Below, piece after piece: positions 24,264-35,641 of a DNA stretch of 64,000 nucleotides (positions within the stretch are counted from its first letter, which is position 1; each line of letters begins with the position of its first letter). Position numbers and translations under genes: made by a program. The notes under the pieces are model-generated. The model was given only the letters and a program-made list of their open reading frames with translations, was not told the DNA's origin and made no database searches. Origin of the DNA: Podospora anserina (taxonomy: Eukaryota); contig CM030332.1 in the NCBI GenBank assembly GCA_017654855.1, positions 1,550,001 to 1,614,000 on the forward strand, given 5' to 3'.

Positions 24264-27200
24264 AGGCCGACGACTAAAAACATCTCGTTCGAGCGGGGGT
24301 TGGAAATACTCAAGAGAGCAATTGTTCTTTCTTGTAAAACAACACTTTTTTTTTGAGATGTCTACCAATCCATACTGGCACAACTTCGATCTTCAAATGC
24401 ACAGAGGGACCCAGTCTGTCAAAAATGAGGGGCAGACAGATGGATAACAACCACCACCACAACCACACATTATCCACCAATCCACACCATACAATCGGGC
24501 ATGGTTGGGAAGCGAACCAGGTGTCCCCCGTTTCCCGAATGTTGTTTTGCAATCCGGGCTACCTCTCTCTGCCTTTTCCATTTGCAGGTGCATACATAAA
24601 CCCAGCGTCTACCTAGTACATAAAATGGGGGGGGGTTGAAGAAAGGCGTTATTGTACCGCACGTCTACAAAGTGGGAAGGTCTCGGCGTTATCCACCACC
24701 GCAACCAGCACACTCAAGCCGACGACCCGACCCAAAACGAACCATTGGCATAGGTAGGTAGGTGGAAAGAAAAGAAAAGATGGCGGGTTGTGGGGGACAA
24801 AAGGTACTTCAATGTATCTCTGTGTAGACAGAGTGCCCGCTCCCCGGAATGCTCCTCCTCTTCTCCACCTTTCCCTCTTGATAACGCTTGTCGTCGTGTT
24901 GGGCTTTTCACTCAGTCGCAGTCCCATCACGCCCCCAATGCTTCACGGTACAGTAATAAGTCGGTGCCTGGTATTGTTACTCTGTGTATGTAATCAATTT
25001 GTGCCTATTGCATCAAACGCAGAACGCATGTGCCGCATCTCGCGTATGTCAAATTGTGGCTGCTGCTGCTTGCTGATATCTACATCTCGTTTACAAAGCT
25101 GTTTTATCATCAAGAAATAATCTTCAGTGAGATCGACCCCCAACCCACACACCCAACCCAATGTCAATGATCTTCACCACCTCGTGGCTTTGAAATAGCT
25201 CATCCGTCCGTACCTTGGACCCATAAGGCTGGATAGGAATAGCGGGGTGGGGGGATCATTCTAGGAGCCAGTCCTACCAACCACGTGCCGTTGCTGATTT
25301 GTTGACTCGATATCTGAGCCAGAGAAGAATACGGACTAATCCAGAGATGGGATTTCTGTGATGGGAGGAATGTCTGTTGCTGCAGACAGACAGCTCAGTA
25401 AAAATAAGCATGCAGTCGGGCCTTTACCTCAAGTCGGAGGAACAGGTTCAACAAGAGATAAGCCGGCCAATCCTATTGTGGTTTGATGACCGCCACCGCC
25501 AGTTTGGTTCTGAGCAGATGCGTATCGTTAGTGACGCTGTGCTACCCCAATCTGGGCTATTTCAGCCAGTTGTGTGCTTCTCTGAGGTGTGTGTGGACGC
25601 TATGAGGTACCGTCTGCCATCCTCGTCCCGGCCGGAGGTACCGTGTTGAGGGAGGGATGTGCCGTTGGAAAGTGTCTGCGAGGAAAGCCCTAAGCTGCTG
25701 AAAAGATGTGGCAGAATTGGATCTTCCTTCCTGTCTCTTCAGAGACAGGAAGGTGGGTTCCAGCCTGGGGCTCGGCCCAGGCTATCCGGGTCTCGGCTCG
25801 GAGGACCCAGAGACAGTACCAGGTAGTGTTCTTCCCTCCACTCCGTCACGGCCGTTGAATGATCTGTTGAAAACCAGGCCGGATCATCGACCGAGCCAAG
25901 GTCTGCCAGTTTCGTGTGTTCTGGTTCAAAGCAAACAAAAAAGAAACGGCGGGCATTCGTTCGTCTGCAGATGTTGCAATCCGGAGTGTTCCAGCAGGCT
26001 GGGTCAACTTGGGAACAGCCGCAGCGCATAGCTACCCAACCAATGTGCGTGATCTTACAACGCCCATTATTCCTGCCAAGGCATGGAGAGAACTTCGGCG
26101 GCCTGGCCGATGACGCCCAGACTAACGCAGTGTAATCTTCCAGCAAGGCGCGCCAACCGCCGATTATGCGTTAGACGGTGCTTGATGACTAGCAATGGGC
26201 AAAACATTGCAGATATGTGACTGGCAGGAGGCTGACGGGCACCATTCCCAGCCCGAAATCAAGGCTGGGAAATATAGACATATTCGTTGCCTACCTTAGC
26301 ACCCTGTCGAACGGAGCTGACAGGGCTGAAGCCGTGCTGGCTCTACGATCGCAGCGACGATCTCGATAAGGTTTGGCTGGCAGATAGATGAGAACTGGTG
26401 ACGCTTGAGGTGGTCAACGAGACGGCCAACAACGGGTGAGTACTTTGGTTAGTGCTATTATAGCATACTCATCATAGTGCCAAAGCGAGGCATGAGGCTA
26501 CGGCCGCCAAAGTCGCCCAAACACAGCTGTTGCTGGAATCTCAAACGGCGAGGGGAATTGAACCAGGGCAAGAAACAACAGGGCGGAATGTTTCAGTCGT
26601 CCATTGGTCCATACTGTCAATTTGAGGCCACGGACGGCGAGCTGGTTGGCAGCTGCCAGGGCAAGACGAACAAGATGGAAATGAAGGAAGGCTACACTCC
26701 CAACCAAGACTTCCAAAAGGTGCCCAACTGTGCAATTAATGTTACAAACATTCAAGTAACAAGGTGAAATCTCCATGAGTCGCATATTCGGTGTTATTGG
26801 CGCATCTATGGCCGCTCTCGCAGGCTCGGGCACTTGGCTCAACGGAGGAAACAGTTTGGCCCCCGAGCCAGCCCGTGGCCAGCTGACGGAGCACGGAATA
26901 CCTTACCCTATTGTACTTCGTACATACAAATCTGTCCAACAAGAGAGCCACACGAAAGTCAACAACGCACCTCAGCAACGGGGAAGGCCATTGCGTGCAG
27001 GTGAGCTGAGTGAATTCCGTGCATCAGAAGTAGGCTTGGGGAATATCCCGCAGATTGGGCGTGTAATTGGCTTGTACAGGCATTTCCATATCCATACAGA
27101 CAGGCAGTTGAACATTACACTCTCCCCTGCTCGCCCAGGCGGCCCTGTTGTTCCCAGCCGGGCCCGGTGAATCATCTTCATTGCAGGGCACGGTTGGGAG

Positions 27201-29611
27201 CGAGATGTTACTGCACTGGTATGACATCTCTTGCAAGAGGCCTGCCTTGCAGCCTAGAGTTTTGAGCAAACTGAGGATCTCATGGGCGGGGGGTTACTCA
27301 GAGCACCACGCGGAGCCCAACCTGGAACTGCCATCCATCTGCTGCACAACATGCGCCGCAGCGATGCCGGGTCTGCTTACAACGATTCGCATATTCTGTC
27401 TGTTCGGATGGACGAGGTGATGGGACTTGGCATGGCACTCTTCGACGGCGCAACAACCGCCCTGAAGAAGCCGCAAGCGAGGGAGGTTGAGTGCGTGTGG
27501 GCCTCCGCTTCTTCCCTATGGCTTGTCGCCGCGGGTATTGATGAGCGAAGCTGTAGCGGAATTGCACTTGAAGATGCATAACACAGGAGAGCGAGCCTAT
27601 CAGCGGTCTTGTGATGGTATATACCCAACGATGATGGCACAGTAAGATAATTGGGCGTTGAGCCTCTCATGATTGCAATTGTACATTTGCCCAACTCCCT
27701 CCATGAATGGCTTCCGGTTTGGTTGGCGTTGCCTTGGAGATATCGGGGCAGGAGGGCCGATGCGGGAGAATCAAAAGTGGGCAAAGACCGGACCCACCTT
27801 CCCCCCAGAGACACAGGCACTAGCCCAGCTAAAGAGAAAGTGTGGAGGGTCATGCTCAACTCAGGGTCCCAGGGTGTCGATTCGTCAGCGAATACCTCAC
27901 GGAATCGCTCAGAGTTGGCAAGAGACCTTTTTGGGAGGGGGAAAGAGAAGAAAGAAGAGAACAAAAGAAGGAAAAATCGAAACGGCTCGGCAGTGCTGGG
28001 TCCCCAACACAATGGATGATGGCTGGCTGCCCGTCAACCACTCAACCTCTCTGGTTTGGCTTGTCTCCGGAAGAAAAGCAGCCAAACCCCGGGCTCTCTA
28101 GCAATTCCAAACTCCAAACCTGGGACCTGGACAGACGGCCCTTGCAATTCACCCGGAATGCTCCTTTGAATTGTCAAAAAGAGACAGACAATTTCCAACC
28201 TGATCAACGGGCACTGCTTTCCACTTCCACTTCCACTTCCACATGGTGGCAATTTGATTATGTAACCCCCGCTGTCCAGAGGCCGTCTTTTCAGGTCCAG
28301 TTATTAGAATTTGCGTAGTGTTCGTACAGGATGCAGCTGCGAGGAAATCCGCTGAAGACTCGCTGATGACATGACGGTCGGTACGGAATACGGTAAGGAT
28401 GTAAATCAGCAGGGTACGACATGCAGGCTTGCTGCTCACCCGCGATCCCTGTCCCCTGTCGGGCACGAGAAGCGACCTGGTGCCGTTGTGTACCTGGCGG
28501 TACCGCCACGCTTCGGCCCACTCACCGGCCCCAGCTTTTCTGAGCCTGTGACTGGTCCCCAGCCTGCGCGGTCCACTTGTCGGACCAGACGGTGGAACAA
28601 AGATCTGGCGGGCAGTGGGCGACACTGGTGGGTTTTGGCTAGTGCCCCAAGCTGGGGGCCAATGTAGCCCAGGTACCTTCAGACAGTGCCAAAGTACCAG
28701 AGGTACCGGCCGTCCACTTGTGTGCAACCCACTCACTCCGCCCTCTCTCCTTCACTTGCTGCTACCCTCGGTGCCTCTCTTGCTGCGTCTTCTTGCCCTC
28801 TTGCTCCTTGTGCTTCCGCAACTCTCGATCCCCAAGGCACCACCACAGAAGCCTTCGTCTGTTGGGAATCTCTCTCGTTTTCTTGACCCTGCCGTAGCCC
28901 GCCCGTGCTGCCCTCGCCTTGCTTCTGCCTTCGAACGCTTCGCTTCTGTCTCCAGCCAGAGATCCCTTTTGCGGAACGACGACCGGCTGATCGACCGACT
29001 CCATCGAATGACAGCCTCCCAACACACAGGAATCTCTCCGCTTTCCGCTTCACAGCTCGGTGAATTGAACCTGCCGCCGATTCGAGATTCGGATTCCGGC
29101 AACAAAACAAGTTGGAAACACTGAGCAAGACGGCGAGGAGGTCTTTCTACCCTCTTCCTAGCCCGACCGCTCGTCGCGAAAACAAGGGGTTCAACTCGAG
29201 CTTTCTTGGGTAACCGGGAACCATCCATCGCTTGCCTCAGCTTCTTCGTCATATGTCTTGAACGTGACTCTTCACCTGAGTTTGGACAAACTTGGCTTTG
29301 CATTGTTGCACACTGGATTCGCAACACACTTCTTTGCTCAACGGGTCTCTTAAAGGCCCTAGGGGGTTTTGCTTCTTTTGAACACCCACCTTTTTACCAT
29401 ACACGCAATACGCTTTGAATAGTTACACCTCATCATCCTGGCCGACGAAACGCGCAGTCGACCGAACCCCCTTTCTAGCTCGCAATCTCGGCAGAGCATA
29501 ATATAGACACGGGTACACACGACGGACAGCAACGGATAGGGGACAGGAACGAGGAATACGCTGGGAACCGTGGGGAGGAGTGGACGCTATTCGCGTGGTC
29601 GAGACAGCAAA

Positions 29612-32088
29612 ATGGTGTTCAACGTGCCCGATGGTGGCCTGTCGTTGGATAGCTCAGCCAGGGCCATGGCTGGGCTTCCGGCGCAGGCCTTCGGAATTAC
29701 ATTGAGCAATAGTGTCATCGAAGACATGATTGCTTGTGTTCAAAATGGAGGGGATATTGAGCTATCGTTGGGGTCCAATCCGGTAAGTTTATGTTGTTAG
29801 CCTTGTATTTCAAGGTTGGGTTTTCCATTGTCCCTCGATCTGAATAGCTTCTCAAACTATTGTTCAACTGCACTCGGCCCTCCACAATAGCCCAATAGCA
29901 GTGTCTAACAGCTTAAACCCCATAGGCTTTTCTCTTCAGCGATCATGAAGTCAAAATTCCAAACTCTCCCGATTCTTACGATTACGATCTGTACTATTCC
30001 GACGCAGTTTCTCCAAGATCGCTCAAGAAGCTACCAAATCCTGCAATGGGTGTCTTCATGCCCCCACGGGTCTCTAGACCTGCCGCCAAGAAGCTGGCTT
30101 CGAAAGCTCCAGTCCAAAAGACAAGCTCCAGCAATACGACTCCAATTTCAAGCAACGAGGCCGACGATGCTATTGCCAACCTCAAAAGCTCACTGGCCCG
30201 GAAGGAAGCAGAGAAGAATACGTATGGACACACTACCGCCGACTACTTGGAGGGCTGTGATACTAACTTGGAAGACAGTGCTGTTGTGGTCAGTGGGTTG
30301 ATGAACTCGAAAGGCAAGGTCAAACCCCCCAATCGGTTGCTCGACAACGCGTCCCCCAGGTCTCTTCCGCCAAGTCCTGCGCTCAGCGGAGTTCGATCAC
30401 CCTCTCTCGCACCAGGCGGCTCTGCCCTTGATCAAGTCAAGCAACATACATTCCCAATCATTCACCAGTTGGCGGTATCGGAGCAGAGCTTCGAGGACCT
30501 TTTTGCGCAGTGGAATGAGGGCAGCGAAGACGAGTTCAGAGTCGCGCTGGACAAGGTTGCCGATTTCGACAACAACATCCAGAAATGGACTCTGAGAAAG
30601 CGATACTGGAAGGAACTGGACGTCTTCGAGTACGATTATGCCAAGGAGGAAGACCGACAAACAGCCATCAACAATGCGGTGAAGCAGTTCGATCGTATGC
30701 GAGTTGGAGTTACCGACCCTATCTGGCAAAAGCTTCTACCGGTGGCGGAGCGCGGAAAGGGGATATGCCTGAGCAAACTGCAAGCCAATTTCGCCAAAGG
30801 CCCGACAGTCCCGAAACCAAAGCCGGACGGAGCCAACGGAAGCGGATCAGAGAGAGAGGACGCTGCGGTCTTGAAGAAAGGAAAAGGAGGCGAGCCCATG
30901 TCAAGATCAAGCTCCCAAGCTTCAGCTGCTGGCAAGAAGAAGCCCTCGGCATCGGAGGCCCAAGCGAAGCGTCTCACATCCACTACCAAGAAGACCGCAC
31001 CCGCCAAAGCATCGACGAAAGCATCTCCGACCAAGCCTCAAGCCAAGGCGGCAGCCAGCAAGGGCGGGCGAGGACCTCTTTCCGAAGAATTTGTGAAGGA
31101 CTCGGACAGCGAGGAGGAGCCTTTGGCTAAATCCAAAGCTGTAGCTGTCGTAGCTCCCAGGCCAGTCAAGGCTGCTCCTGCCCCGGCCGTGAAGTCAAAG
31201 GCGGCCGCCGCTGCCAAGACGGTACCCAAGGAAACCGAGAAGGACACCATCCGAGCCGAAGTTGTCGCAAAGCCAACCAAGGCCATCAAGCCTGCGGCGA
31301 AGCGACCACGCGATGCCGACGAGGACGACAGCTCAAGCTCAGGTACGCCGCTCAGCAAGCGCGTCAAGGCTGGCAGCAAGGCACCCACCACGGGTGCCAA
31401 CTCGACGAAGCCACGGACCGTTTCGGACGCCAGCCAGAACGGTCGTCCAAGCTCCTCGGCGCCCAAGGCGAAGAACACTTCGCCGACCAAGTCGTCGCCT
31501 CTGGCGACCCCACCACAGAATGCGTCCGAGGTGGAGCAGGAGCGCCTGGCTCGTGCCAGGTCCGCCGAGCGAGAAAGGGAGCGCGAGCAAGCGCAAATCC
31601 AAGCGCTGAAGAGGGACCGGGAGCGCGAGCGGGAACGTGAACGCGAACGGGTCGAGAAGGAACGGGAACGCGAGCGCAACCGCGAGAGGGCCGAAAAGGA
31701 GCGTGAGCGTGGCCGCGGCGAGAGAGCCAGAGAGCTGGGACGAGACCGGCCTCGGGCCCGCGAGCCGAGCCGGGACACCATCATCAGCAGTGCCAGCAGC
31801 AATGCCGACAGCACGATTGGCGTCCCGGTTGTTGGCAGGAAGAGGCCGGCGCCGATGGACTCGTACTCGGAGAACCACCACCATGCGGCGAAGCGGATGC
31901 GGGTGTCGGCCGAGGTACTGACCAAGGCGCAGGAGTTCAAGCTGGCGTACCAGCGGTACTTGCAGCTGCATGAGGAGCTCAACGGGTGGGATTCCCCGCC
32001 AGAGTCGAAACTGCACGATTTTGTCGAGATGCACGATCGGTTGCAGAGGATGAAGAGGGCTATTTATCAGGATGTTGGGGAGGGTTGA
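29612..32088 (+). CDS. ELL-like RNA polymerase II elongation factor (ELL winged helix, RE repeat, C-terminal Occludin/ELL-like helices)
   Basis: Exon 1 29612-29782; intron 29783-29925 (GTAAGT...CTAAC...TAG); probable second intron 30222-30278. IIHQLAV...ALDKVADF...WTLRKRYWKELD...Y..EDR resembles the ELL winged helix, and EFKLAYQRYLQLHEEL...HDRLQRMKRAI resembles the Occludin_ELL domain. Confidence 0.7.
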
Positions 32089-32782
32089 AGGATAATTTCA
32101 TGACAGAGACACAGGATGTCATGTTTTGGAAGGAGTGGGGGATGATATACAAAATTTGGCGGCAGGGGAAAATGGAGTTCCAAAAAAAAACGAGAATATC
32201 ACGACTTGAAAGTGTCTTTCTGATATTTGGGTGTTTTTTTTTGTGTCCGTCATTTAATCAGGGATTTGGGGGGGCAGGCAGGCAGACTACAACATCGAAC
32301 AACAACATCAATCATCAGTTGCATGAGATCATTTTTGGGCGTTTTTTGTTGTTTCTTTTTCATCATGTTGCAATTTGGTTTGTTTGTTTTATTTTGGTAC
32401 ATTGGGTTCATTTGGCTGCTGGTCACAAATATGAGGAGAGGGGGATGTGATGACTTGATGCCGGTTATGCCTTGCAGATTTGGAGGAGAGGTGGTGGATA
32501 GTAGAGGTGATTTTGATACCCCTGGGTTTTGATGGAGGAAGAGAGAAGAGAGCGGTGGGGGGAGGGGGGGAACTGTAGTTGAAGTTGTTGAACAGATTAA
32601 AATCAAATTTTAAGTTTTTTGACAAATATGGCTGTGCTTGTGATGAATGAAGTGGTGTTTACCGAGGCTGAGAAGGAGGGAGATATGTGATCCCCTTTCT
32701 GCAACAACAGCTTACGTTCCAACTTTTATTTTCTAGGCCAACTTGATCTAAGCTTGGAACTTGAGAGGAAATGGATTCAAGT

Positions 32783-32849
32783 AGGGCTGTCTGTCCTTGA
32801 AGAATTCAATCGAGGGCTGTCTGTCCTTGAAGAATTCAATCAAGGGCTG
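32783..32849. repeat. 30-bp tandem duplication (about 2.2 copies)
   Basis: AGGGCTGTCTGTCCTTGAAGAATTCAATC(G/A) twice, followed by AGGGCTG. Confidence 0.9.
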
Positions 32850-33124
32850 AAGATGGGCATGAATGAAAAAGGGTTAAAGTGCTTGCATACACACCTAGAG
32901 GTTCCCAGCTCCCAATAAAAAGGGGGCACGTGCCTCCCTTTCTTTTCTCACCTTTCACCCACCCATCGAGCTGATTCTCGTACCTTGCATCCACCGGCTC
33001 GTCCCCGACATTTCTGTCTCGGAAAATTCCACCCATTCCCCGGATCTTCGAGAGAAAAAGAAGAAATTAGATATTCCCGGCGGGATGGTTCCAGCGGAGA
33101 AAGGGAGCCGGCCTCATGTAGGCA

Positions 33125-33272
33125 CCCTTACCACAAAATAATTGAGACACTAAAGTAGGTAATATGCCTTAAAGGATAATCCATATGCCTTTAAAAATAG
33201 TTTGTAGGCCTATAAAATATCCTTCAAGGAATGTTAACCTGCTTTCGTGTGTCAACTATTTTGTGGTGAGGG
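33125..33272. mobile_element. MITE-like element: about 55-bp imperfect terminal inverted repeats around an AT-rich spacer
   Basis: Left arm CCCTTACCACAAAAATAATTGAGACACTAAAGTAGGTAATATGCCTTAAAGGATA; reverse complement of the right arm CCCTCACCACAAAATAGTTGACACACGAAAGCAGGTTAACATTCCTTGAAGGATA. Confidence 0.6.
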
Positions 33273-33896
33273 AGGTAAGGTACCAAATGTAGGGAGAGAG
33301 ACGCTTCGCTTGGCTTCAATGGACAATTCCACTCCATCAACAACGCGGTTGCTGTGCTCCCCTAACCACAACTTAAAGTGCCACGATGATGCATAACCAC
33401 TCAAGTCAAGTGAAGTCACCCTCCTGCCAATCCACTCATTTGCAAAAAAGAAAAAACCACATATCATTCATTAAAAACTTCAAACTCCTCAACCCAAAAC
33501 TACTCCCTCATACGGTGCGGTACCTGGTACAAATTTACCACATTGCTTTGTTATTTCTCTCTTCCCCCTCCTCCTTACATTCTACACTTCCCCCCACGTC
33601 CCCTTGCCCCAAAAAGTGCAATGTCATCGCTGATGTTGAAAATGCCTCCTCCGAATTTATCTCAAGTCTTTTTCCTCTCTTTGTTTTACGGTAAAAATAA
33701 CGCACAAAAATTGACATGATTATTTTTCCTCGCGCCTTTCCTTTGTCGTGCTGGCCGGTTGGTGACTTTGCTGTGTGTGATTCTCGTCTTGTATCTTGCA
33801 TAGGGGTTAAGAATGTTATAAAATGATAATGGCGATGACGAGCACCCCTTTCGAGAAAAATCACAGCTTGGAGAGAAAATGGAGGAGGCCGCGCCC

Positions 33897-34717
33897 CTAC
33901 TGGGTCTTGAAGAGGAGGATGGCGCAGTGACCGAGGTAGAAGTAGATGAAGTGCTTGGTTTCTAGGGGATGCTGTTAGTGACGCTGTTGCTTGTTGAGTG
34001 AAACCCAGGGGTAAGCTTACCGTGGGTCACGAAGCTGCCAAAGTGGCGGCCTACGATGCAGTGCCAGGTAGGTCCCTTTCTTTCATCAAACTGTTACACA
34101 CGATGGCGTGTTAGCTGATCTGGTCTTAAATGAAATGTGTCGTGGGCGTCATACTGTTCTCTTGATGTGCTGGGCGATATCCTGAAGATGAGGTTAGCTT
34201 CTGCTTGCTGCTAAAAATGGGCTTAGGTTTGGTGTGAAATCTGCTTGCTGTCCGAACGCATCACATGCAGAATTTCCCATCCTTGGTCCGCTGACCTTCT
34301 CAACGGAGTACTTGGCCATGGCCTCCTGGGCTGTAAATACTGTCAGTCACACATCCCATTGTCGTCCTCCGAGTGGGGCCAGGATCCCGCGGGTTTTGTG
34401 ACCCCTACGTACCGACTTCAATGACCTCCTGTTGTAATTCTTCGGACTGGAAAGAGGGGTATCGTGTTAGCAGCTCGATCTGCTCGCCGAGAACGGAACA
34501 ATTCGGTGGAAGATCGGTTGGTTCGTCATACCATGTCGGCACTCTTGATCTGGGCTGTCACACGCGTATATTCTTAGCACTCCGTTCCAACCCAGGCGGA
34601 GATGGGGAGGTCTGGTGAGGTACACCGGGCCTAGAACGAGACGAACTCACCATCAAGCTTCTCCCTCGCGACGGGGGATGTGTTCCCAGCAGCGGGCTTG
34701 GTGTCGTCTCCTGCCAT
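33897..34717 (-). CDS. dyn2: Dynein light chain LC8 (DYNLL/NudG/Dyn2), 106 aa in 7 exons; absent from the ORF track
   Basis: Exons 34717-34651, 34554-34532, 34446-34413, 34330-34296, 34181-34155, 34090-34021 and 33961-33897 (321 nt) translate to [106 protein letters not shown]. All six introns are GT-AG. Confidence 0.95.
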
Positions 34718-35378
34718 TATGATTGTCTATCTCGGAAACGTGAAACGAGGTAAATGTGGTTGGATAGTCGACGGATAAAGAAAGCCACGGTCTGGTCAGC
34801 AATTAGTACGGTGGCGTGAAGGAGGCAAACAGTACGGTAAGCTTGGTGATGTTCGGTGTGTGTTGTTGAATTGCCGCCAACAAGCGACAGACGCTCCTCC
34901 TGGCAAGCACGCGGTTACGAGATGGATGGGATCGAATGGGGGCCCAACGTACCGGTACGCGCAAACAATGGGGTGCAGGTGTTCGTAATCGATAGTTCAA
35001 AGCTCCCGGTGGCGGCGGTGCAGGTTCGGCCGTGCAGGTGGAAATGTGAGAGGGCTTGTTGTTGAGCTATCAACTATGTAAGTTGGCGTCAGGTCACAAA
35101 ATAAAGCGTGGAGTGCGGAGAAGAGGCAAACAAGTGACGAAGGGAGCCGTGTCTGGTTTGTTGTTTTGCTACTGGACAGAAGCCTGGCAACAGGACAAAA
35201 TCATTGGCGTCCGCAGTGAGGCGGTCGACGGGGAAGGGAAGGACTGGGGCCCACCACTCACCTGGGGTAATCGATGTAGCTATACCGAGCTGATATGTGG
35301 AAGTGTCGGCAGAGTCAAGGTATCCGGGACTTTGGAGCTTGAGCCCACTGGTGCAGTGGAGCTTCAGCGGAGGCTCTC

Positions 35379-35454
35379 CGATAAGATAACGAAAAGCCGG
35401 TGTGGGTGGGGCAAAGCTTAAAATTTAATTGGGGCCAGTGCGGAAAAAAATCTT
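35379..35454 (+). promoter_or_regulatory. Putative ribosome-biogenesis promoter motifs upstream of mrd1 (GATAAG PAC-like and RRPE-like)
   Basis: CGATAAG at 35379-35385 and TGCGGAAAAAAATCTT at about 35439-35454, some 190-260 nt upstream of the mrd1 ATG. Confidence 0.35.
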
Positions 35455-35641
35455 AGACCTTCTCCTCTTCCTTCGACTGAAGCCAAAAACTACATCACCC
35501 ACCACAGAGTTGTCGCTTTGTTCCGCGGTACTCTGGTTCCAATGATTACACGGTAGCAACTGCTCTAATCAACTGCCCGCGGCAGACCGGAAGGAGCAAG
35601 CAACAACATCGCCAATCATCGTCATCGTCATCGCCATCACA

